Source: a virus | Lineage: Duplodnaviria; Caudoviricetes | Length of the DNA stretch: 34,409 bases | Strand: one strand, 5' to 3' | IMG/VR virus record: IMGVR_UViG_3300042997_000260 | Location: 1-34,409 of that record | In this document: one piece after another, positions 25,676 to 34,026 of the stretch | Position numbering within the stretch: the stretch's first letter is position 1 | How the letters are laid out: each line of letters begins with the position of its first letter | The notes under the pieces: generated by a model | The model's database searches: none | Seen by the model: only the letters and a program-made list of their open reading frames with translations | What the model was told of the DNA's origin: nothing | Translations under genes and position numbers: made by a program

Positions 25676-25817
25676 CGGTATTCTTGCGGTCATGCGTAAG
25701 TTCAATTTGCCCATGACCCGCGAGCAATACATTGAACTCGCATACTTTGGCGAAGCGCCTGAGATCTTTGGGTCTGAGCTAGAGGAAGAGCTGCCCGAGC
25801 AGTTCCGCAAGAAGTAA
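25629..25817 (+). CDS. Small acidic protein, candidate immunity/inhibitor of the upstream domain
   Basis: GTG start 8 nt after AAGGAG (25615-20); overlaps the upstream gene by 47 nt and fills the gap to 25831. Confidence 0.65.
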   Translation: MSEQAVSGPQPGSNSDGILAVMRKFNLPMTREQYIELAYFGEAPEIFGSELEEELPEQFRKK

Positions 25818-25830
25818 CAGAGGCGCTCCA

Positions 25831-28800
25831 ATGGCAATCGACCCCAACCAGCTTTCGACCGAGCAGATGCAGCGCTCCGCTATGGACGCTGCAGGCGCAC
25901 CAACTGAGTTTGCAGGTGCGCCCGAGCAACTGACGCGGGTCGCGCAGGGTGGGGCATTCAAGGAGCTGCTGCAAAAGCTTGGCCGCAGCGTGATTGGCGA
26001 AGTGCCGCCAGCCGCTGCGCCGTCTGGAACGGGCATGGCAGATCCGCGCTTTGCGCCTGCTGTGGGTCCGACCATTGGCGCAGGCGTGGTTCAGCGGATA
26101 CCTACGCCGCAAGAGCGTCGGCTATTCGCTGACATGGGAGACTTTTCTGAGCGGGCAGCCAAGGAAGCCCTGGCCCCGCAGGTGCTGTCGCCGGAAGGCG
26201 TGCAGCGGTTTCAAGAGCGTGGGCTGCAAGCGCCAGGCGTCAATGCGCCGCCGGCACCAGTGGCACCAGACGTTCTGCAATCGGCCACCGATGCGCTGAA
26301 CCAACAGGCAGTTGAGGCCGCTGCAGGCGCAGAGGCTATCCGCACCGACGCGCAGAAAGCCCTGACCGCTGATGTCCGAGGCTTCCGAGCCGAAACGGCA
26401 GTTGCTCCCGAAGAGATCACCGACCCTGTTCTTGATGCTCTGTCCAAGCGCGACCTAGAGATCAAGAGCCTGCAGGATGGCGGTGACTTCAACTTCGACT
26501 ACATGAACACCACGGATGATGTGAAGGCTACCATAACTGCCGTGGGAGAAACCCTTAAAGATCAACAGCTTGCTGTTACCCGTGGGGTGATCTCCAACAA
26601 CACGACGATCGAAGACGCGGCCAAGCTTGCGGCTGACGAGGTCGGCCTGACCAAAAGGCTGTTTGCCCGCAAGGTCGGCGATGGATCTCTCAACGCAGCC
26701 GAAATGGTTGCGGCCCGAGATCTGCTTGTGCGCAGCGCAACCAAGCTGGCAACTATGGCCGAGTCGATCAAGACGGGTGCGGCCACATCAACCGATCGGC
26801 TGGCATTCCGCCGTCAGCTTGCGATCCATGCCGGCATTCAGCTCCAGCTCAAGGGTGCGCAGACTGAGGCGGCTCGTGCGCTGCAATCTTTCCGCATTCC
26901 TGTGTCTGGTGAGCTGAGCGCCCAGCGCATGAGCGAAGAGGCTTTGGCTGCGCTGCAAGCTTCTGGCGATGACAGCGCAACTGAGGCTCTGGCATCCCGC
27001 ATCCTTGAAACTGGACGCCTGACCGAAGGGCAGCGCCTGCAGGCGATCAACGCTCTGGCCGAAAAGGGCTGGGGTGCGAAGAGTGCGGATGTCGTCAGCG
27101 AAGCCTACATGGTCGGCCTGCTGTCTTCGCCGTCAACGCAAGCCAAGAACATCATCGGCACGATCGGCTTCATGGCCGCGCAGTTGCCGGAGGAAATGTT
27201 GGCCGGAGCCTGGGGCGCAACGATCCGCAAGGTGAAAGGCAAGAACGCACCGTACAATCTGCGCGAGGATCAGGTCTACATGGCCGATGCTATGGTGCGG
27301 GTGAAGGGCTGGGTGGACAGCATCGGCGATGCCTTCAAGATTGCGTCGAAGGCATACCGCACAGAAATGCCTACCGACCAGATGAACAAGCTGGACTACA
27401 ACGTCGGCGCCATCCGCTGGACGGGCGACAACAGCGGCACGTTCTATGCCAGAGCGATCGATGAATTCGGCAAACGCGCACGCATTCCATTCCGCCTGCT
27501 CTTGGGTGCGGATGAGTTCTTCAAAACAGTCAGCCAGCGCGGCGAGCTGTATGTCGCAGCGCACCAGCGCTATCAGGCTGGCATCCGCGCAGGCGAAACT
27601 CAGCAAGTCGCGAGTGATGAAGCCGGCATGGTTCTGCTTGATCCTCGGTCTGTCTCTGAGGGACTGACCTACAAGGCACGCTACGACACGATGACCCTAG
27701 ACACCGGGATACTTGGCAAGGCGGCGTCCTACATCCAAGGCGTCCCTGTGCTTGGCCGGATCATCCTGCCATTCGCTACAGCGCCAACCAACGACATGCT
27801 GCGTGCTATGGAGCGGCTGCCAATCCCGATCGGCGGCAAGCGCCTGTACCAAGATCTCTTGGGCCAGAACGGCCCAAAGGCCCAGCAGCTTGCACTTGGC
27901 CGCTGGTCGATGGGATCGATGACGTTTGCCTATGTCGCAAACCTTGCAACCGAGGGCCGGGTCACTGGCGCCATGCCGGATGACGCCAAGGAGCGCCAAG
28001 CACTGCCGCCTGGCTGGCAACCTTATAGCCTTGTGCTGCGTGGAGAAGGCTTCCCGGTTGATGCAGACGGTGACGAGCTGCCAATGTATGACGAGTACGG
28101 TCGTCCTAATGGCCCGCTGACCTACGTCAACTATGCGGGCTATGGCCCCTACTCTGCAGTTGTCGGCTTGGCCGCATCAGTCCCGCAGTCGCTTGCGATG
28201 GCTCGTGATCCTGAGAAGGCGCAGTCGTATGCCACGGCTGCTCTTGGCGCTGTCGCCAATTACTACAAAGAATTGCCCATGCTGCAGGGCATCTCCCAGA
28301 TCATGGACTTTGCAGAGGGCTTTAGCGTTGAGCAGATTGCTCGCAGCCCTGCATCGACTGCCACACCTCTTGGCTTCCCAAACATCTACAGCTCTCTGCA
28401 GCGCGGCATTGCACGCGGCATGGACCCTACGCGGGTGACGCCGCGTGACGATGTGGAATACTACACGATCGCAGACGTTGATGCTGGTTATGCTTCTGGC
28501 GATCAGTTGTTCACCAACCCCAATGGTTCAATCAGCTACCGCTTGGTTGGCTCGGCTAAGTCCGACGCTGGGCAGCAAATGCGGGAAACTTGGACAGCGC
28601 TGCGTGCGTATCAGCAGCAGGACAGCTTGTTTGCCGATGAGCGGGATCTGAACGCCATTCAGTACGACACGCTCGGCAACGCGATCGGCGCAGAGGATGT
28701 GAGCTTTGCAGCTCGCCCAGGCTTGGCGCTTTGGAACCTGACCACTGGCGCGATCGTCAAGCCTGGCCGCGAGTTGACTGCGGCTGAGAGCGAGATGATG

Positions 28801-29142
28801 CGGCTGGCCAAGGATGTTGGCGGCTGGCCAATCACCAATCCTGACAGCATCGGAGGCGTCAAGATCGGCGCTGGTGCCAAGTCTGATTTGACCCGCATCG
28901 CTAAAAATGAAGTCACTCTAAACCTTTACGGGTTGGGGTTCGCAGACTTCAGAGGATCGCTTGAGCAACTGATCTTCACGCCCGAATATTCGATGATGTC
29001 GGACACGGGCAAGCGCACTATGGTGCGAAGCCTGAACAACAAGTTCGTTGAAGCTGGCGTAGAGACTTTGCTGCAGCTACCAGAGTATGCTAACTTGGCG
29101 CAGGCTTATAGAGACCTGCAGGCCATCAAGAGTCAGGAGTAG
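25831..29142 (+). CDS. Large internal virion (ejection) protein, gp16-like position
   Basis: 1103 aa; EAARALQSFRI, GLLSSPSTQAKN, ADEFFK, ILPFATAPTN and GWQPYS motifs typical of large podovirus core proteins. Confidence 0.8.
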   Translation: MAIDPNQLSTEQMQRSAMDAAGAPTEFAGAPEQLTRVAQGGAFKELLQKLGRSVIGEVPPAAAPSGTGMADPRFAPAVGPTIGAGVVQRIPTPQERRLFADMGDFSERAAKEALAPQVLSPEGVQRFQERGLQAPGVNAPPAPVAPDVLQSATDALNQQAVEAAAGAEAIRTDAQKALTADVRGFRAETAVAPEEITDPVLDALSKRDLEIKSLQDGGDFNFDYMNTTDDVKATITAVGETLKDQQLAVTRGVISNNTTIEDAAKLAADEVGLTKRLFARKVGDGSLNAAEMVAARDLLVRSATKLATMAESIKTGAATSTDRLAFRRQLAIHAGIQLQLKGAQTEAARALQSFRIPVSGELSAQRMSEEALAALQASGDDSATEALASRILETGRLTEGQRLQAINALAEKGWGAKSADVVSEAYMVGLLSSPSTQAKNIIGTIGFMAAQLPEEMLAGAWGATIRKVKGKNAPYNLREDQVYMADAMVRVKGWVDSIGDAFKIASKAYRTEMPTDQMNKLDYNVGAIRWTGDNSGTFYARAIDEFGKRARIPFRLLLGADEFFKTVSQRGELYVAAHQRYQAGIRAGETQQVASDEAGMVLLDPRSVSEGLTYKARYDTMTLDTGILGKAASYIQGVPVLGRIILPFATAPTNDMLRAMERLPIPIGGKRLYQDLLGQNGPKAQQLALGRWSMGSMTFAYVANLATEGRVTGAMPDDAKERQALPPGWQPYSLVLRGEGFPVDADGDELPMYDEYGRPNGPLTYVNYAGYGPYSAVVGLAASVPQSLAMARDPEKAQSYATAALGAVANYYKELPMLQGISQIMDFAEGFSVEQIARSPASTATPLGFPNIYSSLQRGIARGMDPTRVTPRDDVEYYTIADVDAGYASGDQLFTNPNGSISYRLVGSAKSDAGQQMRETWTALRAYQQQDSLFADERDLNAIQYDTLGNAIGAEDVSFAARPGLALWNLTTGAIVKPGRELTAAESEMMRLAKDVGGWPITNPDSIGGVKIGAGAKSDLTRIAKNEVTLNLYGLGFADFRGSLEQLIFTPEYSMMSDTGKRTMVRSLNNKFVEAGVETLLQLPEYANLAQAYRDLQAIKSQE

Positions 29143-29144
29143 CC

Positions 29145-30644
29145 ATGACCGTCAGCAGCAGCACCAGTAGGGTACAGTTTAACGGCAATGGCTCGACCAC
29201 TGTCTTTGCTTACTCGTTCAAGATCTTTGATGAGGATGACCTGACCGTCATCGTGCGCTCGGCCAATGGCACTGAGACTGTCAAGACCATCACCACGCAC
29301 TACACTGTGAGCGGTGTCGGCAACGCAGGCGGCGGCAACGTCACGATGCTGACGGCGCCGGCGTCTGGTGAAACGCTGACCATTCTGCGCGAACAAGATC
29401 TGGTACAAGAGCTGGATCTGGTTGAGAACGATCCGTTTCCCTCTCAGTCTGTAGAAGACGCTTTGGACAAGCTGACGTTCATCGTTCAGCAACATGACGA
29501 AGAATTGGGCCGAGCAATCAAGGCGTCTCGTACCAACACAATCTCTGGCTCTGAATTTACCATCTCTGCGGCTGATCGTGCGAACAAGGTCTTTGCGTTT
29601 GACAGCTCGGGCAACGTGAGCATTGCGCAAGAGCTTGGCACCTATCGCGGCAACTGGGCGGCTGGCACGGCCTATAATCAGCGCGATCTGATCAAGGACA
29701 CGTCGAACAACAACATCTACATCTGCTTGGTCGCGCACACCTCGACCGGCTCCCAGCCGATCACCAGCAATGCTGACGTGGCGAAGTGGGCGTTGATTGT
29801 GGACGCGGCTGCTGCGGCTGCGTCGGCTGCAGAAGCGGCATCGTATGTCACTGACGCCGAGACGGCTCAGACCGCTGCAGAGGCTGCGCAGGCGGCGGCT
29901 GAAGCGGCCCAGGCTGCGGCTGAGACTGCAGAGACAAATGCCGAAACGGCTGAGACGAATGCGGAGACCGCTCAGGCTGCGGCTGAAGCTGCGCAAGCTG
30001 CGGCTGAGGCTGTGTATGACAACTTTGACGATCGATACCTTGGCGCGAAATCAAGCAACCCATCCGTAGACAATGACGGCAATGCGCTGATCACTGGTGC
30101 GCTTTACTTCAACACCACCGCTGGTGAGATGCGGGTGTACAGCGGATCCGCTTGGGTTGCTGCGTATTTGCCAGCCTCTGGTTACGTCACGCTGAACGGC
30201 ACTGAGACGCTGACAAACAAGACGATCACTTATGCTGACAACACGTTGACAGGCGTCGCGGGGGTCACTGCCACGCAGACGCTGACGAACAAGACGCTGA
30301 CCGACCCGGCGATCATCGGCACCATCCTTGAGGATGTCTTTACGATCACCGATGGCGCGGCCTTTGAGATCGACCCCGGCAACGGCTCCATCCAGCTTAT
30401 CACGCTGGGTGCCAACCGCACGCCTAAGGCCACCAACTTTGCCAACGGCGAGGCTGTCACGCTTATGGTGGATGATGGCACGGCCTACGCGCTGACCTGG
30501 ACGGATGCAACCTTTGGCGGCTCTGGCGTTGTGTGGAAGACGGACGGCGGTGTCGCGCCCACGCTGAACACGACGGGCTACACGGTCATCGTACTGTTTG
30601 AAGTCGGCGGTCAAGTTTACGGCGCTCGCGTAGGAGACGCATGA
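29145..30644 (+). CDS. Tail fibre protein
   Basis: N-terminal GNGSTTVFAYSFKIF...LDKLT attachment domain (T7 gp17-N-like); Ala/Glu coiled repeats; FDDRYLG, GALYFNT and TLTNKT motifs. Confidence 0.88.
   Translation: MTVSSSTSRVQFNGNGSTTVFAYSFKIFDEDDLTVIVRSANGTETVKTITTHYTVSGVGNAGGGNVTMLTAPASGETLTILREQDLVQELDLVENDPFPSQSVEDALDKLTFIVQQHDEELGRAIKASRTNTISGSEFTISAADRANKVFAFDSSGNVSIAQELGTYRGNWAAGTAYNQRDLIKDTSNNNIYICLVAHTSTGSQPITSNADVAKWALIVDAAAAAASAAEAASYVTDAETAQTAAEAAQAAAEAAQAAAETAETNAETAETNAETAQAAAEAAQAAAEAVYDNFDDRYLGAKSSNPSVDNDGNALITGALYFNTTAGEMRVYSGSAWVAAYLPASGYVTLNGTETLTNKTITYADNTLTGVAGVTATQTLTNKTLTDPAIIGTILEDVFTITDGAAFEIDPGNGSIQLITLGANRTPKATNFANGEAVTLMVDDGTAYALTWTDATFGGSGVVWKTDGGVAPTLNTTGYTVIVLFEVGGQVYGARVGDA
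29805..30012 (+). repeat. Imperfect 21-nt coding repeats (heptad coiled coil)
   Basis: Encodes AETAQTA/AEAAQAA/AETAETN units. Confidence 0.7.
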
Positions 30645-32002
30645 TGTTGGGTAATAAGGCTCTTAGTGCAGCGGCTGTCGTTTCTAGCGAAGCCGGGCAG
30701 ACGCTTTTTATTGGGAAGATGATAGAAGGCGCTAGCCCTGCTCCCACTAAGCGTACTCACTCATTCGTAGTGCCTGATGGTGTCACTGAAATATCTGCTG
30801 TTTGTGTCGGCCCCGGTCAGCACGGAGAGCGCAGCGATAGCAGCGCAGATGGTGGCGATGGTGGTGACCTTCGTTATGCAACTACTCTTTCTGTAACGCC
30901 CGGTGAAACGCTCACAGTTGAGGTTGGCGACGGCTCTCAGGGTACTACTGCTGGAGTATACGGAGACCCTACCAAGATACTTCGCGGGGCAACTGTTCTG
31001 TTGGAGGCGTCAAACCGCGCTCAAGGTTCCAGTTCTACCATTTCTGGTGCCATAGGCGGCGGTAACGGCGGCGTTGCCGGAGCGCCTACTTCTACCAATG
31101 CAAGTGGTGGTGGAGGCGCTGGAGGGTACAGTGGCGCTGGCGGCGGTGGCGAGGCTGGTAATGGCACAGACTATCCGCCTTCTAGTGGCGGAGGCGGGGC
31201 TTATGGTGGAACACTGTCTGCTAGTACCGCGCAACCGGGTGGCGGCGTAGGGCTTATGGGTGCCGGACCTACCGGGTCAGAATACTATAATACGGGTACG
31301 CAAAATGCCCGTAATGCGGTCGGGTCTTACGGCTATCTCGACCCGCAAAATGGAAATAACTGCGGCTTTGGTTCTGGCGGCGGCGGGAACGACAGTGGCT
31401 CTGGAATTGCCGTGAGTGCTGGCCCCGGAGCCTGTCGAATTGTTTGGGGCAATGGTCGCAGCTACCCAAGTGATGTCGCTAATTACTTGCCTGTTCCTGC
31501 GGCTGCTTCAGAAATCGAAATCCGTTTTTACGGGGCTGTCGCGCAACAGCGTTTGTGCATGATTGACCTAAGAGACAGTGGGAACACTAACTTCTTTAGT
31601 GGATTGACGGCTGTAACTGGCGGAAGCTCGTCTTCTTTTTCCAGCATAAGTGCGGGACAGTTTACCCTTAAATCATGGCAAACTACAGACAGCACGATAC
31701 TCGCGCTTTTGAAAACTACGGGCAGGACGCAAAATACTCTTTTCTATCCACCGGGATACTCTAGCACTGGTCTCGATCCTGCCGATTATATGTCGCTTTT
31801 TATAAAGCCGTCTTCTGCTACAGCTCTGAAGTCAATTACTCTGACAAGCGCGTACAACGACAGAGAATTCCGCGACCCTGTAGCTGGCCTTGCTGTCATT
31901 GCTGATGGCGTAAACATCACAAAAGGCATTGCTTGCCTGCGTGGGGACTACGTTTGGGACGGAACTTATGAAACCCTAGCGCAGACCATAACCTTCACAT
32001 GA
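30641..32002 (+). CDS. Glycine-rich tail fibre/receptor-binding protein
   Basis: FVVPDGVTEISAVCVGPG, VTPGETLTVEVG, GGGGAGGYSG and GACRIVWG Gly-rich domain; AT-richer distal region. Confidence 0.75.
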   Translation: MMLGNKALSAAAVVSSEAGQTLFIGKMIEGASPAPTKRTHSFVVPDGVTEISAVCVGPGQHGERSDSSADGGDGGDLRYATTLSVTPGETLTVEVGDGSQGTTAGVYGDPTKILRGATVLLEASNRAQGSSSTISGAIGGGNGGVAGAPTSTNASGGGGAGGYSGAGGGGEAGNGTDYPPSSGGGGAYGGTLSASTAQPGGGVGLMGAGPTGSEYYNTGTQNARNAVGSYGYLDPQNGNNCGFGSGGGGNDSGSGIAVSAGPGACRIVWGNGRSYPSDVANYLPVPAAASEIEIRFYGAVAQQRLCMIDLRDSGNTNFFSGLTAVTGGSSSSFSSISAGQFTLKSWQTTDSTILALLKTTGRTQNTLFYPPGYSSTGLDPADYMSLFIKPSSATALKSITLTSAYNDREFRDPVAGLAVIADGVNITKGIACLRGDYVWDGTYETLAQTITFT

Positions 32003-32010
32003 GGACAACC

Positions 32011-32466
32011 ATGTTTGTAAAAGCCAACAACGGGGTCGCCGAAAAATTCCCCTACACAATCGGCGAACTTCGGAGAGACAACCCGGATACGTCTTTTCCG
32101 AAAACCATCTCTGACAGCCTTTTGGCTGATTTCGGCGTCTTTACTGTGTCGGAATCCGCCATGCCTTCCTACGATCCGATGACGCAAAGCGTCGAACGCG
32201 CAGCGTTACCCACGCTGACAGATGGAGTTTGGATTTGGGGATGGGATGTGCCTGCCCTGACTGCCGAGCAGATCGCAGCCCGTAACGCCGCCAAAGCTGC
32301 GTCTATCCGCCGTGAACGTGACAGCCTGCTCGCCGCGACCGATTGGATGGCTTTGTCCGACGTGACCATGAGCGCAGAGATGGCTACCTATCGGCAGGCT
32401 CTTCGTGATATAACGGCTCAAGAGGGCTTCCCGCACAGCATCACTTGGCCCACTAAACCGGAATGA
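32011..32466 (+). CDS. Tail fibre assembly chaperone
   Basis: FPYTIGELRRDNPDTSFP and C-terminal RDSLLAATDW...YRQALRDIT.Q.GFP..ITWPTKP; RBS GAGGA before ATG 32011 (alternative start 31999). Confidence 0.8.
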   Translation: MFVKANNGVAEKFPYTIGELRRDNPDTSFPKTISDSLLADFGVFTVSESAMPSYDPMTQSVERAALPTLTDGVWIWGWDVPALTAEQIAARNAAKAASIRRERDSLLAATDWMALSDVTMSAEMATYRQALRDITAQEGFPHSITWPTKPE

Positions 32467-32696
32467 GCGCGATGGAAGTTATCGACACAATCATGCAGTG
32501 GATTGTCGCCCCGGTTGCGGGATTTGTTCTGTGGATGTACCGCACGCAGCAGGACCATGCCACCAAGCTGGCTGTTCTTTCCGCCGTACACGAGGCGAAC
32601 AAAGAAGCCCATGACCGGGAATTCAAGGAGCTGCGTGAGAGCTTCAAGCGCGTGTTTGAAAAGCTGGACGGCATTGAGGCCGCCTTGCGGAAGTGA
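32463..32696 (+). CDS. Small membrane-anchored coiled-coil protein (lysis region)
   Basis: N-terminal TM segment WIVAPVAGFVLWMY followed by a coiled coil. Confidence 0.75.
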   Translation: MSAMEVIDTIMQWIVAPVAGFVLWMYRTQQDHATKLAVLSAVHEANKEAHDREFKELRESFKRVFEKLDGIEAALRK

Positions 32697-32836
32697 AGGT
32701 GCTGCTGATCTGGGTGGGCTATACTCACCTGTGGATCGACGGGCGCATGGTATTTGTCAAGATTTGCAGGTATAGTGAGGAGGTAGCCTTGGCGGTCCAT
32801 CCTCTTTATCCCTGCCCTGCGTTCTGGAGCCTGTGA
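32693..32836 (+). CDS. Small hypothetical protein
   Basis: Hand-translated MKVLLIWVGYTHLWIDGRMVFVKICRYSEEVALAVHPLYPCPAFWSL*; GTGA and TGATG couplings on either side. Confidence 0.6.
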   Translation: MKVLLIWVGYTHLWIDGRMVFVKICRYSEEVALAVHPLYPCPAFWSL

Positions 32837-33327
32837 TGTTTGACCCAGTTTCAATCGGCATGGCTGTTAGCATCGGCAGCAAAGCATTTGGCCTGCTGAA
32901 ACAAGGCATTGCGGCTGGTCGTGAAATTCAGGACATGGCGTCTCAGCTATCCGAATGGGGCAAGGCTGTCTCTGACATTGCCTACGCGGCGGAAAAAGCC
33001 AACGAGCCTCCGGGTGTGTTCCAGGCGCTGTTTGGCGGTGGCAATCAAAAGAGCGCCATCGACATCTTCGCCGCGCAGAAGCAATGCGAACAGCAGCGCA
33101 AGGAGCTGCGGCAGCTCATCAGCTACACCTACGGGAACGACGCTTGGCTGGAGTTCCAGAACATTGAGCGTCGGGTGCGAGAGCAACAGCGCGAGCAGGT
33201 CTACCGTCGGCGGGAGATCATCGAGTCGATCATGGAGTTTTTACTCTGGTGTGGTATAATCTTGGTGACCGTGGCGCTGTCTGGCGCCGGCCTGTATGTC
33301 TGGGGCCGCTACATGGGGAGGTGGTGA
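32836..33327 (+). CDS. Conserved phage membrane protein
   Basis: MFDPVSIGMAV...GREIQDMASQLSEW, coiled coil and C-terminal TM segment. Confidence 0.8.
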   Translation: MFDPVSIGMAVSIGSKAFGLLKQGIAAGREIQDMASQLSEWGKAVSDIAYAAEKANEPPGVFQALFGGGNQKSAIDIFAAQKQCEQQRKELRQLISYTYGNDAWLEFQNIERRVREQQREQVYRRREIIESIMEFLLWCGIILVTVALSGAGLYVWGRYMGRW

Positions 33328-33518
33328 TGTCACTTGAACACTGGATATGGCCTGCCTTTGCAATTGGTATTGCATTGGTATTCTACTTCAGCGGCGACGG
33401 CTTTTATCGCTACCCCTGCCAGGATCCAAAAAACTGGGCTGCCTTGGAGTGCCAACCGCCGATCTGCCTTCGCACCAAAAACTGCGCTGAAGACCTAACT
33501 GGAGGGGCCGCGCCATGA
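33327..33518 (+). CDS. Small membrane-anchored Cys-rich protein
   Basis: TM segment followed by YRYPCQDPKNW..ECQPPIC...NC; RBS GGAGG. Confidence 0.75.
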   Translation: MSLEHWIWPAFAIGIALVFYFSGDGFYRYPCQDPKNWAALECQPPICLRTKNCAEDLTGGAAP

Positions 33519-33796
33519 GCAAGAACGATCCTGATTTTCTGGAAGCCAAGCTGCGCTACTTCATTGGCGTGTCTCTAACTATGATCTTAGGCGGCAGCAT
33601 CTTCATCATTCTTTACTCGCTGGTGTTCGTGACCCAGCCGCTCGGTGAGAGCAGCGAGAACGACCGGGCCTTGTTCTCTATTCTCACGCCAATCACCTCG
33701 TTTCTAGTAGGCGCTTTGTCTGGCGTACTAGCTGCGGGCAATAGTCGGAACAAGCGCGGCGACGACGAGCCGCCAACACAGGAGACGCCACAATGA
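33515..33796 (+). CDS. Two-TM membrane protein, possible holin
   Basis: Two hydrophobic segments and a charged C-terminal tail; lies near the endolysin. Confidence 0.65.
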   Translation: MSKNDPDFLEAKLRYFIGVSLTMILGGSIFIILYSLVFVTQPLGESSENDRALFSILTPITSFLVGALSGVLAAGNSRNKRGDDEPPTQETPQ

Positions 33797-34026
33797 TCGG
33801 ACGCATGATTGGAATGTTCATGGGCCGTAAGCTGAAAGAGAAGGCCGTTGATGCAGTGCTGGACAAGGTGAACCTGCCTGACCCGGTGGAGAACGCGATC
33901 AAGGCGGCGGCCACGGGCAACGTGGATGATCTGCTTGGCGGCATGGGCATGGGCAAGGACATGGCGCAAGAAGCTGTGCTTGGTCAAATCACCAAGAAGG
34001 TTCCAATCAAGAGACCGAAGAAATGA
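33793..34026 (+). CDS. Hypothetical protein
   Basis: 77-aa ORF with RBS AGGAG and ATGA overlaps on both sides. Confidence 0.7.
   Translation: MIGRMIGMFMGRKLKEKAVDAVLDKVNLPDPVENAIKAAATGNVDDLLGGMGMGKDMAQEAVLGQITKKVPIKRPKK

Noticed and set aside
29145-32466. Diversity-generating retroelement, as in BPP-1
   Set aside because: No reverse transcriptase motif and no TR/VR repeat pair differing at adenines was seen.
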